64,000 nt of DNA from Blasia pusilla (Eukaryota), in contig CM114271.1 of NCBI GenBank assembly GCA_050084515.1, forward strand, positions 23,250,001-23,314,000, given 5' to 3'. The position numbers and the translations under genes were made by a program. The notes below the pieces were generated by a model, which saw only the letters and a program-made list of their open reading frames with translations, was not told the DNA's origin and did not search any database. Shown here piece by piece: positions 13,101 through 26,260 of the stretch. Each line of letters begins with the position of its first letter. Position 1 is the stretch's first letter.

Positions 13101-14675
13101 TATAAAATTTTAAAAATTCCCATGGAAATATTTCAAACTTCCAAAGTCTCCCTAATTTTCATTTTAAAATTAATTTTTTTTAAATTTCATGCTAAAGATT
13201 TATCAAGAATTAATTTTCAAGTTTAGTTTCAAGGAAAATTTCATTCCTATTTTGGGGAAAAACTAGAAAGAAATTAAAATTGTGAAAATAATTATTCTTC
13301 AAAATAAGGGAAACTTTTCTTTCTATATTATTCTTAATTTTCAAGTTTGATTGGGAGAACATTTTCATCTCTTTTTTTGGGAGAAAAATTGATTGAATTG
13401 GTAATTTTATTTTATTAATTGAAAGATGAGGGTTGGGAAAGGAAAATTTCTTTCCTAATTACTTAAGGAAAATAAATGAAATATTTTATTGAAACCTAAG
13501 TTGGATGTATTATTAAAGAAATCTATATTTAATTTTTTGAAAGTTAAATTCTAAATATTCAACGTGTGTCCAATACCTTCACATTATCATCCTCCATATG
13601 TGAGTTGCTTCATTTCCAAACTAATTACTAGTTTCTAAAAACAACGCACAACTTCTTTGATGCAGCTGATAAATTCTCCACATTTCCTCTGTGATGTGAC
13701 CAGTTAAAAAATTTCCCCATGTGAAAAAAATTCCCCTATTAAATGTTAACTTGTAGAAAATTTTTGGGAAAAATCAAAGGATGTAGCTCGCTGCCACTTG
13801 GGTAGGATTTGACTCTGAATAACCATCCAGTTGCTAAGACTCTCTTACTAGGGGTTGCTTGTTAGGCACAATAGTTTCCTTAACTAGTGGTTTGCTCTAA
13901 GTTAGTTTCAAGGTATGTTTTAATAATAATATAGAAGTAATGATAAAAGAAGGGATCCAAAAATTTGCAACAAATCATAAAATTGATTGATAAAAATTCC
14001 AAATCAGTACTATAATTGAAGGAAGGAAGTTATTATAAATAACCATTGTGCGGTCCTCTTAAGAGTGTGAGAAGAAAATAACACGTGTGGGAAGACATTG
14101 TGAATGGATAATGGTGAGTGGAGTCTTCATGAATAGATCATATGAAAAGAAAAACATGAGTTGTATGTAGAAGGCGTAATGCCTTCACAAATTCTCATTC
14201 TAAAAGAAGCGAAGTCATTCTACGATCAAAGAAAGTACATGCAACAAATTATCTTATTTGGTGTAAGGATGGATAGTAGTGAGAGGAAAAAGTGATATTA
14301 CTTTCAAATTGTGAGAGTGCCTTAAGGACTAAAATTGAATTTGTATCCACAACTAGCGATGTAGGATTGGTAGTTAATTTTGTGGTAACAACGGGTATCG
14401 ACCATTTGTTAAACAATCCAAAAATATAATGAAATTATTTTGATACATGTACAGGCATAGAAAACAAATGATGATGATTTGGGAAGTAAGTGTGGAAATT
14501 AAAATGTTAAAACCAAACCAATCTTTGGATTTATGTTGGATTTTTCTAGGACTTATGATAGTCACTCTAAGTAAACATAATACCATGCTAATCCAATTTC
14601 CAAGTAGAAAATTTATGGGGGTATCGGACTTGCCAACCAAAAGGTAGATTAGTGTTTAAGATGATTCTAGGGGAC

Positions 14676-15681
14676 TGTCGCGACCCTCATAGCCAAACGA
14701 GCGCCAAGCGGAAATTCTGAACTCTAGCGAGCTTAGGCTAGGATGCTTTGCACTTTGGGAGTTACAGAAACACAAGTGCGAGAAGTAAGCGCGGCGAGCG
14801 TTTCAAGTGTTTCATGGGTTTATAGTCATAACTAAGGAAACCTGAACCAAATGCAAAACCTAGACTTAAGGAAGATGAGTCACAGAAGGAGAAGCAGCCA
14901 AGGGGGAGAACCGGACTTGGGGCGCGGCTAGCGATCGGAGTTCCCGAATGTAATTTTTACCATAACTTTTAGTCCTAAGATGTGTTTGGGACAAATGAGA
15001 TAGTTTTGAAAAGCTTATGTGGAGCTGGTTCTAACGCACCAAAGATCTTGGCAAATGCTACATAAAAAGTTGAGATATGGGCTAAAACCAACTTTATGGA
15101 GAGTCGGGTTTAGGGCCAAAAAGAGGGGCCCGGGTGCTCTTTCCTAAAGGTAGGGGGACCCCGGGAATCCCCAAAAGTACTAGTAAGGAGGGAGGTCTCT
15201 AAGGGTGCTTGGGACTCGAATGCCACTTTGGGCGCATTGGGGCCACTCAAGGGCACGGAACGGATCGAGAGTTTGGCGTTGGGATTCGAAACCCAAACCA
15301 GGTCCAATAGAGTGGATTTCGGAGCTCCCTATTGGATTCCAACTCGCGACTCATATTTTTCAGTCTTAGTTGGGGACTCATGCAAGGTCTATTGGAAAAT
15401 TGGGACCGCTAGGCACGCAAATGCCGTTTTAGATACTTGGACTAACCAGAAAGTCTGTCTCAAGTCTTGGAAGACTTGCACGTTTTGGGAACCTAGGAAT
15501 TAGGGAAGGTTGAGCTTCATGAGGTGCCGAGTGAAGGAGTTGGTGGGTTGGAAGGCCGCTTGACCCAAAGCCATACTAACGTGAGTGTGTTTGGGTACAG
15601 GTTGGCGATTAGAGCGTGTCCTACTGAACGTACGATTCCGCAACATTGAGATTGACGTTCAAGGAGAGTAGACGCACGACA
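14676..15681 (+). mobile_element. Solo LTR (family C)
   Basis: TGTCGCGACC...GCACGACA; flanks GGGAC/AGGAC (5-bp TSD with 1 mismatch); inverted homologue at 23627-24613. Confidence 0.85.
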
Positions 15682-15763
15682 AGGACGGTCCTCTTGATGA
15701 GGAAAGTTAACTAAATGACATGAATAAGTGGGGAGACTCATTGATTCATAAGGGAATGCAAAT

Positions 15764-16873
15764 AGTCAATATAACACCTAGCAAAATCCAAACCAGCCAA
15801 GATCCTATCCATGACCCTCTGAAACTCAACCGGGGTGTTCTTTAACCCAAATGGTAAGAACCGCCACTGGTACAAACAATCCTTCCCATAAGGATTGATG
15901 CCCCAAAATTCCGTCTTCTGCTTGTCCTCCAATGTGATAGGCAGTTGATGGTATCCGGCTCGCAAATCCAATGAACTGAAAACCTTTGCATGACCAATCG
16001 CATCAAAGATCTCCTCAAGGGTGGGCATGGCATACAGATCGGACTTCGTCTTCCAATTGATAGATCGGTAATCCCCACACATCCGCCTATCCGTCCAAGT
16101 GCCATGCACATCCTTCTTGGCGGGCATGACAGTGGCAGATGCATACTCCCCATGCGACATCTCCACTAGTCCTGGTCCAACCAAGTCCTGGCTCCTACTC
16201 TAAATCAGAGCCCTCCTCATATCATTGTACTTATAGGGCCATCGAAAGATCGGCGTATCACTTGAAAACTCCATGCGGATCCCCGGTCCCTTCAGCGTAC
16301 CCAAATCCTCCATGCTAAACGCAAAGTAGCTCCTATAACTCTTGAGGAACTAATGTATTCGGCGCCGCTCTCCTCCTGTAAACTTAGGGCCCATATCTGG
16401 CTCCCGAGTCTCCATCGTGACTACGGTAGGACTCTCCAGCGTAGATATCGGTGGTTGCTATGGTGCAACCCCGTCTCGAAAAACGACACTTGACCGCTCT
16501 CGTGCAGCCAACTGCAAACTCTGATCTCCTCCACATGCGGTGCCCGGAACCACGCTCGATGCGTTGTGGCTATCATCTCCGGGCGTACTTGCAAAACATC
16601 CCAAGAAGTCCAAGGGTGTCTCTCTCGATCTCCCTAGGTGGACCTTCTCGGGTCTTGCCCCCAGCCACTGCCTCCACCGTCTCGGTAGGCAAGGGGCTCA
16701 CCAACACAAGTGGTGTGATCTGTCGCGATCTCATCCGACGCTGCTCAACCACTCCCAAGCTGAAGATCCATGTCAAGCAGTTGAGGTCCATCGCCTAACC
16801 CAAGACATGGCGTCGTGATGCCTCTGATACTGACGGTACTGCCGTCACTCTTGTGGGAAATTCCATTGCCCGC
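15764..16873 (-). mobile_element. Internal fragment of the DNMT-gypsy family (methyltransferase C-terminus, linker, RT up to YID)
   Basis: Closely matches copy 2 ~50755-51865: EASRRHVLG.AMDLNCLTWI, RMCGDYR, FSSLDLRAGYHQ, PFGLKN, CYID. Confidence 0.9.
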
Positions 16874-16879
16874 TAGTAT

Positions 16880-17040
16880 CTCTCGACTTTCTTTTTTGTT
16901 TGGTTGTCTTGTAATTCCCAGTCGGGAACATGCTTTCCAAACGCCTCTCCAAAGCGCAAACATTGCAGCGTGAGTCCACTTGAGTTCTGATGTTCCGCTT
17001 GGCGCCTATTTGGTGTTGTTTGGTTATAAGGATCGCGACA
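16880..17040 (-). mobile_element. Truncated terminus of a family C LTR
   Basis: GATGTTCCGCTTGGCGC...GATCGCGACA resembles 24570-24613. Confidence 0.65.
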
Positions 17041-18455
17041 CTGCCTCTCTTTGATCCATAATCTGCAAATAGCGCACTCTCTTATAGACTAGACGAGCTA
17101 CCGCTATCTACTAGGCGCATCTTCTCACTGATTAAAAGTGGGACTAACTCTTGAAAGGTTGGATACTTCTCTCTCATAGAGATAAAGATCTCAAAGGACT
17201 TGTAATCCTTTGGAAGCCCTTGAAGAGTGAACAAAATCAGATCATCATCTTCTACTGTTACTCGAATGCTATTCAACTAATCAACATTATGTCCGATATT
17301 CAAAATATAATCATTGATGCTCTGCGATCCTTTCCTCACTTCGTTCAATTGCAGTTTCAATTGAAGCTTTCTGGCCTTTGTAGATGTCTGGAACATCTTT
17401 TCCAATGCATCCGAGGTCTTCTTCGGAATATCAACATCTTCAATATGACTTATCATTGGCAAACTGATTGTTATTGAAATGTAGTGGATTACTTGCCTCG
17501 CACGTTTGTTCTAGGCGCGAACATTCAAATCTATTGACTCACCTTCTAGCTTGGCCTCATCACCTGTGACAAGCTCCCATAGTTCTTGACCCATGAGAAA
17601 TTGTTTCATGCGAAACTTCCAGACATTATAATTCTGCTTATCCAGCTTCTCGCTTGTGGTTACTGTTGAGGAATACTCCATGACGAACAATTTCACTTAC
17701 AAAAACGTAATTTCAGGCTCTCTACTGCTCCAATAGAAGCCTAGACCACTCCTACAGAGAACTTGACCTAAAATTTGCCAAAATTGATCAACTGTATGAA
17801 AGAACTAGTCAAAATTGGCATGCAGAGAGCAAACTCCACAACTTTTCTTCACTAATTGCACTTTCCTACACTTAAATTGCTACTGCAAGAGCTCTAAATG
17901 TCAAAATTGAGGGATTTTGGGTGCGTTGGAAAGATCTTGATGAGCTCTAGTAGATGGCTAAATTGATTGGAAAAGCCCTAATAAATGCCTCCAAAGTTTT
18001 ACCACCGTCAAAGCTCCACTGAAATCTGTACCCGGTGAGCTTTGAACAAAATTTCCTTCTCCCAAATTGAAGTTATGCCTTCTCTTGCCTCTCTTCTCTC
18101 CTCAAACACCAAGAATTTCAAGTGATGTTCTCCTATCGCTCTTATACCATGTGGAAAACTGCTAAAGAAGCATAATTGGTGGGAAACGGCTCTCACACTC
18201 ATATACCACCATGGAGAACGAAATTTGCAATGAGAGAATGAATGGAGGTTGGTCCCCTTCTCAATTATATAGGGTATGTACAAGCAACCCTAACCTTAAC
18301 CATATTCTCGAGTTAGACTAATTGTGATTAACTAACCCTAGTTAAGATAATCGCGCTTAACCGACTAACCAAGATTAAGCTTCCCTACTTCGTATAAGTA
18401 CAAAATGTAGAAGTTCAAGTGCCTCATGAGCTTGACTATAACTCAATCTTCAATA
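17041..18455 (-). mobile_element. Ty1/copia relic: 5' LTR (~18150-18455), PBS and gag
   Basis: Copia gag KLDKQNYNVWKFRMKQFL...LWELV and L.GLPKDY..F; PBS TGGTATAAGAGC (18138-18149, one mismatch to the iMet-type TGGTATCAGAGC). Confidence 0.85.
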
Positions 18456-19389
18456 ACTCTCAGGTCCACTACCTCGCCTCTCAAAATTTTGAGACAACAC
18501 AAGTGACAGTTTCTCCATTAATGCCGCAACACATTAATGGAGATCAAGTCATGGGATCAAGATTTATGAGAGGATACCGAGAGCCAAGACCATGACCTTA
18601 AGATATACACAAGCCCTGCTTTACAGTCTTACACTGAACAACAGGCCTAAGGTATTTCTTGTTGGATGTGTGGAGGATCATATTGTCAATGAGATTGTTG
18701 AAGGCAAAGCGGAATGCAGATAACACCTTCACCTCTAGATGAGGTAGCCCATGGGAGGCCACTCTAACCTCATTGTGATTATTTTGAGAGATATGGTCAC
18801 ACACGTGAGATTTTTTTGAGCTCCATCTTGAGCTACGCTTAGATGGAGGTCGAGGACATGGTGAAGGTAGGGCCCCACTACCTGCTGGAGTGAGGAGCGG
18901 TAAGAGGAGAGGAAGAGAGGAGAGATGGAACTATTGTCAACCCAAAGATATCCTTTTTTTTAAGAGAGTTTCCTATGGGTTGAAGAGAGAAAGGAATTTT
19001 TTTGAATATATACAAAAAATTTTAGATATTTACAAAAAAATTTCTATTCTTAGTCACTCGCACTATGGCAACCCGTCTAAATCAGACGATTTGAAATTTC
19101 ATGAAATATTCCTGTATCTAATAATCTCTCAGCACATAATTTAAAAATTGGAAAAATAATTGGAATCGCAAATGTGGAACAAACCACTTTTTCCATCCAA
19201 GATCTGAAAAAAAATATCATTTAAGCATACTGAAAAAAATATCATTTAAGCATACTGATTAAACAATTTGGTATTTCCAAACAACAATCTCAAACTTGAT
19301 GTTGCATCCTCAAAGTGGCGTATTAGTCTAACTCGAGAATATGGTTAAGGTTAGGGGGATTCCTACTCCTAGCTCCAACTTTCTTAAAG

Positions 19390-19650
19390 CTACGAGCATA
19401 ACATTGTACATGTGCTTACAGGGTAAATTTCTTGTTACCCAATTCTCTCTCTCTGGACAAAGTCATTGCAAGAACATGTGGGAAAGCAACAGATGTGTAC
19501 AACATACACCCCAAAAACACTAGAATTCACGGTGTTGTTCCTAACCCAATACATTCTTCCTATTCCATTCCCACCATGCACATCTTTTGTGGCAATTATT
19601 TCCATGTTAGCCTCCCAAGCCCATGCGATTTGCTTTGCCCTCTCCATCTA
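19390..19650 (-). pseudogene. SWIM-type zinc finger remnant, probably transposon-derived
   Basis: YVVHI...PTCSCNDF followed, after a frameshift, by PCKHMYNVML (CxC...CxH). Confidence 0.5.
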
Positions 19651-20879
19651 TGGCCTACACATTTTGTTTCTCTTCACTCCAATTCTTGACTCGACGAGAA
19701 ATAGTGGATTGAGGTCATCTACCTTCTCTAGATACAAGTGGACATCAATCTTATGTAAGATCTGAAATCCGAATGCCTCAGTAATACAAATATGTATGTC
19801 GAACTCCCTCCGTCTACGAGTCTACATCCTAAACTTGTAAGATTTTCAATTTCCTCCTGAGTGCAATTTGTTCCCACTACGATCGACCAATTTGGCCAAA
19901 TCATGGGGATATTCCCTACACCTCCAATGGCAGTTGGATATGACTATTTGAATGCGCATGATTCATTTGGGCAAAAGAAGTACTTTAATTGATCCCTTGT
20001 CCTTAGAAAAAAATCAAAGGTTTTCAACCCCCTAAAGCTTGGGAGTGATTGGCATGTCCTTATATAGTTCTTATTCAAGAAAATGTTGTATGCTCTCCTT
20101 ATTCCATGAGATCCAACTCTGTAGGTGAGTCCACGTTCGGGTCGCTTTGAGAGATATACCACCTTTTTAGATTGCAATCTACCTCTATAACAAGAATTCC
20201 ATATTGTTGAACAGCCCTCGAGACACGATAATGGGAAGTCCTTGCTACAGAGGAATTTTGAAATAAGATATTTACCAATTTTTCAGGAGACTCTCCGACT
20301 TGAACTTGGGAGCTATCCGGTGTTTCTAAATACCCAAGTGGCATGGGATGATTTCATCATCCAGAAAAATCACCGGGTTGGTTCCTCGATGCTGACGATT
20401 GACTTGTCGGAAGTCAATGTACTTATATGGTCTCCGAGAGTCTTGCTTAGATTGCTCTATCACCATTGTATTGGATGTCTTAAAACTCGCCCACGGATGT
20501 CCACACCAATGTGGACATCTTTCTCCAAAGGAGTTTTGGCTACGCGTCGATTGAATGCTTTGACATACATTTTCTCATCCCCAGATCTCACAACGGCCCT
20601 AACATAGATTTCGTAAATCGATGGGCCTTTTCCCTTGGTTATACCTTTTGTGAGAAATACATAAGATGTTGTAGATTGTAACATTGCTCTTGCCTAGTCT
20701 TGTAGGCATACCTCCAAGAGGGAAAGTTTTTGGCAAGCTTGTGATGACTTCCAAGATGAATGTTCAGTCCCTCCACAGGAAACCATTGTTAAGTGAGGGA
20801 GAATTACGGAATGGATAAGTGCACAATACACGGTTTGGCAACCCATCGAAATCCGAGAGGTTGTACATTGGTGCAATTT

Positions 20880-23380
20880 CACTAGAAGAAAAAGTGTGTT
20901 TTATCACTAGGATTTATGACTCATCTTAGTCAAATATCACAGTCCACGACTAAGAATGATTAGTGACTCGTTTAGTCACAAAAGCCAAGTCATAGATTTG
21001 GAATGACTAACGAAATTACAATGGTTTGCTAGCATGGAAGTATTGTCCTCCCTATATGACCCAATGTTTGAGTCATACGAGAAGGACTACCACCTCACCT
21101 TAGTGACATGGCAAAACACTATTGTGATGTGTAAAACTTGACATGTCAGCATAACACGTGGACAAAAGGAAACAAATTCTAGTTGTTATGATATGTCTAT
21201 GATAGTAAGCTAGTAGGAGGGTATTATATGACTATGGAATTCATGTTTTCACGACTACAACTTAGCATATTGAACTAGGGTAGCATTAAAGTTGACCATC
21301 CTAATCATGAAATGAATAAATCTTAGGGCTTGGATATATATGATTGTGGGAGTCATTTTATAATGACTAGTTAGGTAATTAAATCAGGGTAGTTGTTAAA
21401 GTTGACCGGCCTAGCCTAGTCATAAAATGAGTAAAATTTAGGGTTTGGGACGTATATGACTATGGGAGTCATTTTTTCATGACTAGTAGTTAGGGAATTG
21501 AACCATGGTAATCATTAAGGTTGACCATCCTAGTTAGGACTAAACTAAAAAAGTTAACGATACCTCAAACTTGCAAAGAAAGTTCTTATTAGGAGCTCTC
21601 AACTCAATGAGTCATTTTATTCTGAGTAGTTTGGCATATATGTTATCTTTGAACGACTTTCGTAGTATTGCTGGTAGGACTATGGTAGTTATGACATTGG
21701 GACTCAGATCTCATGCAGTCTAGCAAGAATGAGTTGGTGAGTCATTCAAGTATGACTTCTTCAAATACAATTCAAAAGCATATCAATTTATTCCAATAAA
21801 GATTAGAAAACAATAAGAACTAGGCCATGCACTTGAATGATGGCCAAGCAAGTTCAACTTGCTTTGCTTGCTTATATGTAAAGTGTGAATCATGCAAGTG
21901 AGAGTTGAAACAAGTATAAAGCCTGATTAAAAATTAATTTTGGACATTTTTTTAGGGTAATAAGAACAACTAAAACAGAAGAGAAGCTAGCGCTTCATAT
22001 GTCTCATACATTTACTCTAGATCCATGACTCACACAAAGAAATGTTATGTGAATAAAAAAAAAAATCTGGTTCATTTGGGACACCAATAGATAAGAGATA
22101 GTGAAGATATTTCAAATTAAAAGTGTGAAAATGGTCTAAATTGCTATGCAATAACCGTTTGAACACTTCTCTAGCTTTAAAAATGGATCATTGGTAGTTC
22201 TAACCTACACACTTCCTTGTATGCATTTCTGGCCAGAGCATGGTCGAACCTAATGCATCGCCAAAAGTTACTTGAGGCGGTTCATCATCTATAGTGGGAG
22301 TCCACACGGTATGATCCGGATCGGTGACATCTGTCAAGTTGATTCTCACCATACTAAGTGGAATCTCATTCCCATGGAACTTTTCTCTGCCTCCAAAACC
22401 TGAAATAAATCTAGAGCTGAGGACCATTCTGCTCAAATTTGGTTCACTGAGATGAACATTATCGCCAATACGCAATTGCAAATATCGCCAATACAAAGTT
22501 GCACTTGTCAATATATTGAAACTTACATCCTTTATTAACTAAGAAAACCAAAAAAGGGACATATATTATATTTTACCTTCTTGAATGACCATCCTAGTCT
22601 TGGTAGACTATGTGAGACTAGACGAGTCCTAGACCATCAATTAACTGTCCAAAAAAATAATTATCAGTAAATGTAGCATGAAACAATATGAATAGTAAAC
22701 CTACATTAAAGAGCTTACATTGGTCTGTTACTTTGAACCTCCAGACCACGTATCACTTCCCTGCTCATTCCCAACATCTACGTGTCCTTTCACCTTCTAC
22801 CTTTTCTTTGGAGAGGACTTATCCTCGGTGTCTATACTTTGATCCACCCCACCTTTCCACCAATAATTCAAGGTAGAAAATTATGTCAAATAGAATCCCA
22901 TAAAATCAAAATTCATTACAATGCACAAGGCATCAACTTAATAACATTTGAAAGTAATGAATCCTTACAAAGGTTGATTGTCATATCTCTATCACTTCTC
23001 TCTGTGGAGCTCTTCCTCCGTTGGCAAACCAAGGGTACTATATTCACATTCATAGAATGAAAACATCAGTCTAGAATGAAATAGAAAAATATCTAGGGTC
23101 TTGAAACATATAGCAATGAAAGAAAATAAAATTTCCTGCCATATCTATGCTATTACACCTTCTTCATTGTCTTATATTTTTGCAAAGGAACTATCTTGAT
23201 TTTTTCTTTGCCCACCAATCTTGAACTGTGCCTTAGGGGTAGAATAGAATCCAAAGAGCGCATTGCCTCCTTCCTCTTGTGAACCCTTGGCGCCTTAAAC
23301 CTTACGGAAAAAAAATAACCTTACATAGAGTTGGAGATTGCATGACCTGATTCATGAATGCCTACCCAAAGTGGTAGACT
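20880..23380. mobile_element. CACTA (En/Spm) element, one terminus visible
   Basis: CACTAGAAGAAAA at 20880, then dense TAGTCA/TGACTA subterminal repeats to ~21760. Minus-strand ORF 22200-22511 (FHG..IP...R......P..DDEPP...GDA.G...LWP) resembles a CACTA ORF2 C-terminus. Right boundary uncertain. Confidence 0.75.
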
Positions 23381-23626
23381 AGATAGCAAGTAATCCAATG
23401 TCTATCTTTGAAGAGAACCTTCGCGAGATATGGGTTAAGAAAAGAAAAATCTGGTACGATTTGTGCTCCACCCCTATCCATAATTGACAGACATCCTCTA
23501 TTCTCCTCAAGAATGGGTTTTGGTGGATTTGCTCTCCCAAGAGGAATAATCCATTCTTATTAGGAAAATGAAAATCCCAAACCATCCACTATCCCTAGTA
23601 TAATAAAACTCCCCTTAGATAACAAG

Positions 23627-24613
23627 TGTCATGTGCCTACTCCCCTCGAACGTGAATCTTAGTGTTGCGTAAGCGAACGTTCAATAGGACACGCTCTCAT
23701 CGCCTACTTGCACCAAAATGCACTCACATTAGTCAGGCTTGGGTCAAGCGGCCTTCCAACCCTCCAAGTCCTCGAATTGGCACCTCATCTAGCTCAACCT
23801 TCCCTCATTCCTAGATTCCCAAAACGGGCAAGTCTTTCTAGACTTGGGACATACTTAATGGTTAGTCTAGGCACCTAAAATGGTGTTTGCGCACCTAGCG
23901 GTCCCAACTGTCCAATGGACCTCGCATGAGTTCCCCAACCAAGATTCAAAAATATGAGTCGCAAGTTAGAATCCAATAGGGACCTCCGAAATCCACTCTG
24001 TTGGACTTGGTTCGGATTTCGAATCCCAACGCCAAAACTCCCGATACATTCCATGCCCTTGAGTCGCCCCAAGGCGCCCAAAGTGGGGTTCGAGTCCCAA
24101 GCATCCTTGGATATCTTCCCTCTTACTATTACTTCTATGGATTCCCAAGATCACCCTACCTTTGGGGAAGAGCCCTCACCCCGACTCCCCATACAATCAA
24201 TTTTGGCCTATATCTCGTCTTTTCTTTAATCATTTGCCAATATCTTTAGTGTGTTTCAAGAGGCTCCGCATAAGCTTCCCAATGCTATCTTACTTGTCCC
24301 AAACACATCTTGGGACTAAAAATTATGGTCAAAAGTACAGTAAAAAATTCCAAACGCTAACTGCGTCCCAAGTCTGGTTCTTATCCCTTGGCCACGTCTC
24401 CTTCCGAGACTTGATTTCTCTTAAGTCTGGGTTCCGCGTTTGGTTCTGGTTTCCTGAGTTGCGACCATAAACGCATGAAATACTTGAAACAATCGCCTCG
24501 CTTGCATCTCGCATTTGTGTTTCCTAAACTCCAAAGCGCGAATCATCCTAGCGTGAGCTCGCTAGAGTTTGGATGTTCCGCTTGGCGCTCGTTTGGTTAT
24601 GAGGGTCGCGACA
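23627..24613 (-). mobile_element. Solo LTR (family C) with perfect TSD
   Basis: TGTC...GACA ends; ACAAG at 23622-23626 and 24614-24618; inverted homologue of 14676-15681. Confidence 0.92.
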
Positions 24614-25243
24614 ACAAGTCTCCCCAAATAACCATCTCCACATATATGAGACTCTAGAAAACTCTCAAAGAATAGATCATGGTCAAGTTACTCTCCCAAG
24701 AGGGGTAATCCACTCTTATTGGAAGAGCTAGTAAACCCAATTCTATCCACTCAAGAGTTACACGAGAAACTCAAGAAATGAAGTAGAAGGTGATGAACCT
24801 TTGAAGGTTCCTCCTCTTTATATACTCACAAAGATCCATAAGAATACAAAATAGGGTTAATCTTATCTTGTGTCACATGGCTTCCTCTCAAAGCTTAGCC
24901 AATTTCATTTTGGCACAAGCACATTACATGTTATTTCCTCCAAAATATTCTCATCAACTTAGTTCATATCCTCAACCTACTCCAACTACCCTAGCCACCG
25001 ACCAAGACTACTTTTGGTTTACTTTTATTAATACACTAACCCCACTACTTTACTTTTATACTTTTATATCTCATTATTACCTCTTTTCCTAAAGTTGGGT
25101 GTGCACAAATGAGGCACCATGAGGAGGTTTGATTATGAAAATTTTAATTTTCTAAGCTAATTTATTTCATATTTATAAAAGTCTCTCTAACTCTTAATGA
25201 GAGAGGATTTTATATAGTTGATAATTTTACTATACGACATACA

Positions 25244-26260
25244 TCCCCTCCAAACTTACACATCCTTTGATATGTGCTAAAACATCAAGACTTCTTAGTA
25301 TCTTACTTAGACTTATTTTTGCTGTGTCTTTACATATATTGATCTGATCCATCAAAATCAAGAAATCTCTTACGTCTACAAAAAAATCTTAATCCTTTTT
25401 CTTGCAATGGGCAGCTTGATAATTATGCCATCTAGCTCATGTAGTTTGTTAGTCGCATTTTCGAAAACAAAATCTACAACATATGGACCAAACCAACGAC
25501 GTGCACACTTCTTAGTTATACTATGTTCGAGGCTATTGTTGTGCACCAAGACCCAATCTCCTTCTCTTATAGGCTCTTTTTGAAGTCTGAGTTTTGTCAA
25601 AGCGCTCCTTGTTTCTTAGCCTTGCTTCCTTCATTTTGATTAATGCTTGGATAATATCCTCTTCACGTCGCTCTACCTACTGCATTCAAAGCCCCAAGAG
25701 CTCTTCTCTATCAAGCGAATCCTCCCACGGCAACCCCATCCAAGTAGGAGTATCTTCTTCTGCTAGCATTATTGGCTTTTGATCTGTCATCAACTCTATA
25801 GGCATGAATTTTGTAACGGTGGTATGAGTGTTTCAATCTGCCTATAAGGCAAATAGAAGCAATCTAGACCAATCACCATAACGTTCTCCCCATGCTTTTA
25901 CCAATGCTTGCATGATTGGCGGATGTCCCCTTTCACTTTTTCAATTTGCCTCCGAATTCATAGAGGTTGTTAACCTCAACTGCACTCCATATGTCTTGAA
26001 GAATTCTCGTGCTTCCTCCGCATTCAACTCACCTCTATTTGCACGAATTCTCCCGACACTCCTATATCGAGCAATAATATCTTGAAGAATAAAATAACAT
26101 ATAGGATCTGTTGTTTTAGCTCATAAAGCCATCCCTTCTACAAAGTTAGAGAACTCTTCTCGTGCTAGGATCAAGTACCGCTTTCCCCAAAGACCTAATG
26201 GCATTACAACTAGATCTACTACCCACGGATGATGAATAGACAAAGGGTACGTAGGTTTAA
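25244..26260 (-). mobile_element. Decayed Ty3/gypsy integrase of a different family, with PPT; its LTR runs leftward from 25243
   Basis: EGDWVLV...RWFGPYVV (GPY/F module); GGAGGGGA immediately before TGT on the minus strand. Confidence 0.75.

Noticed and set aside
20880-21760. CRISPR-like or novel repeat array
   Set aside because: Irregular short motifs in both orientations next to a CACTA terminus; these are ordinary subterminal repeats.
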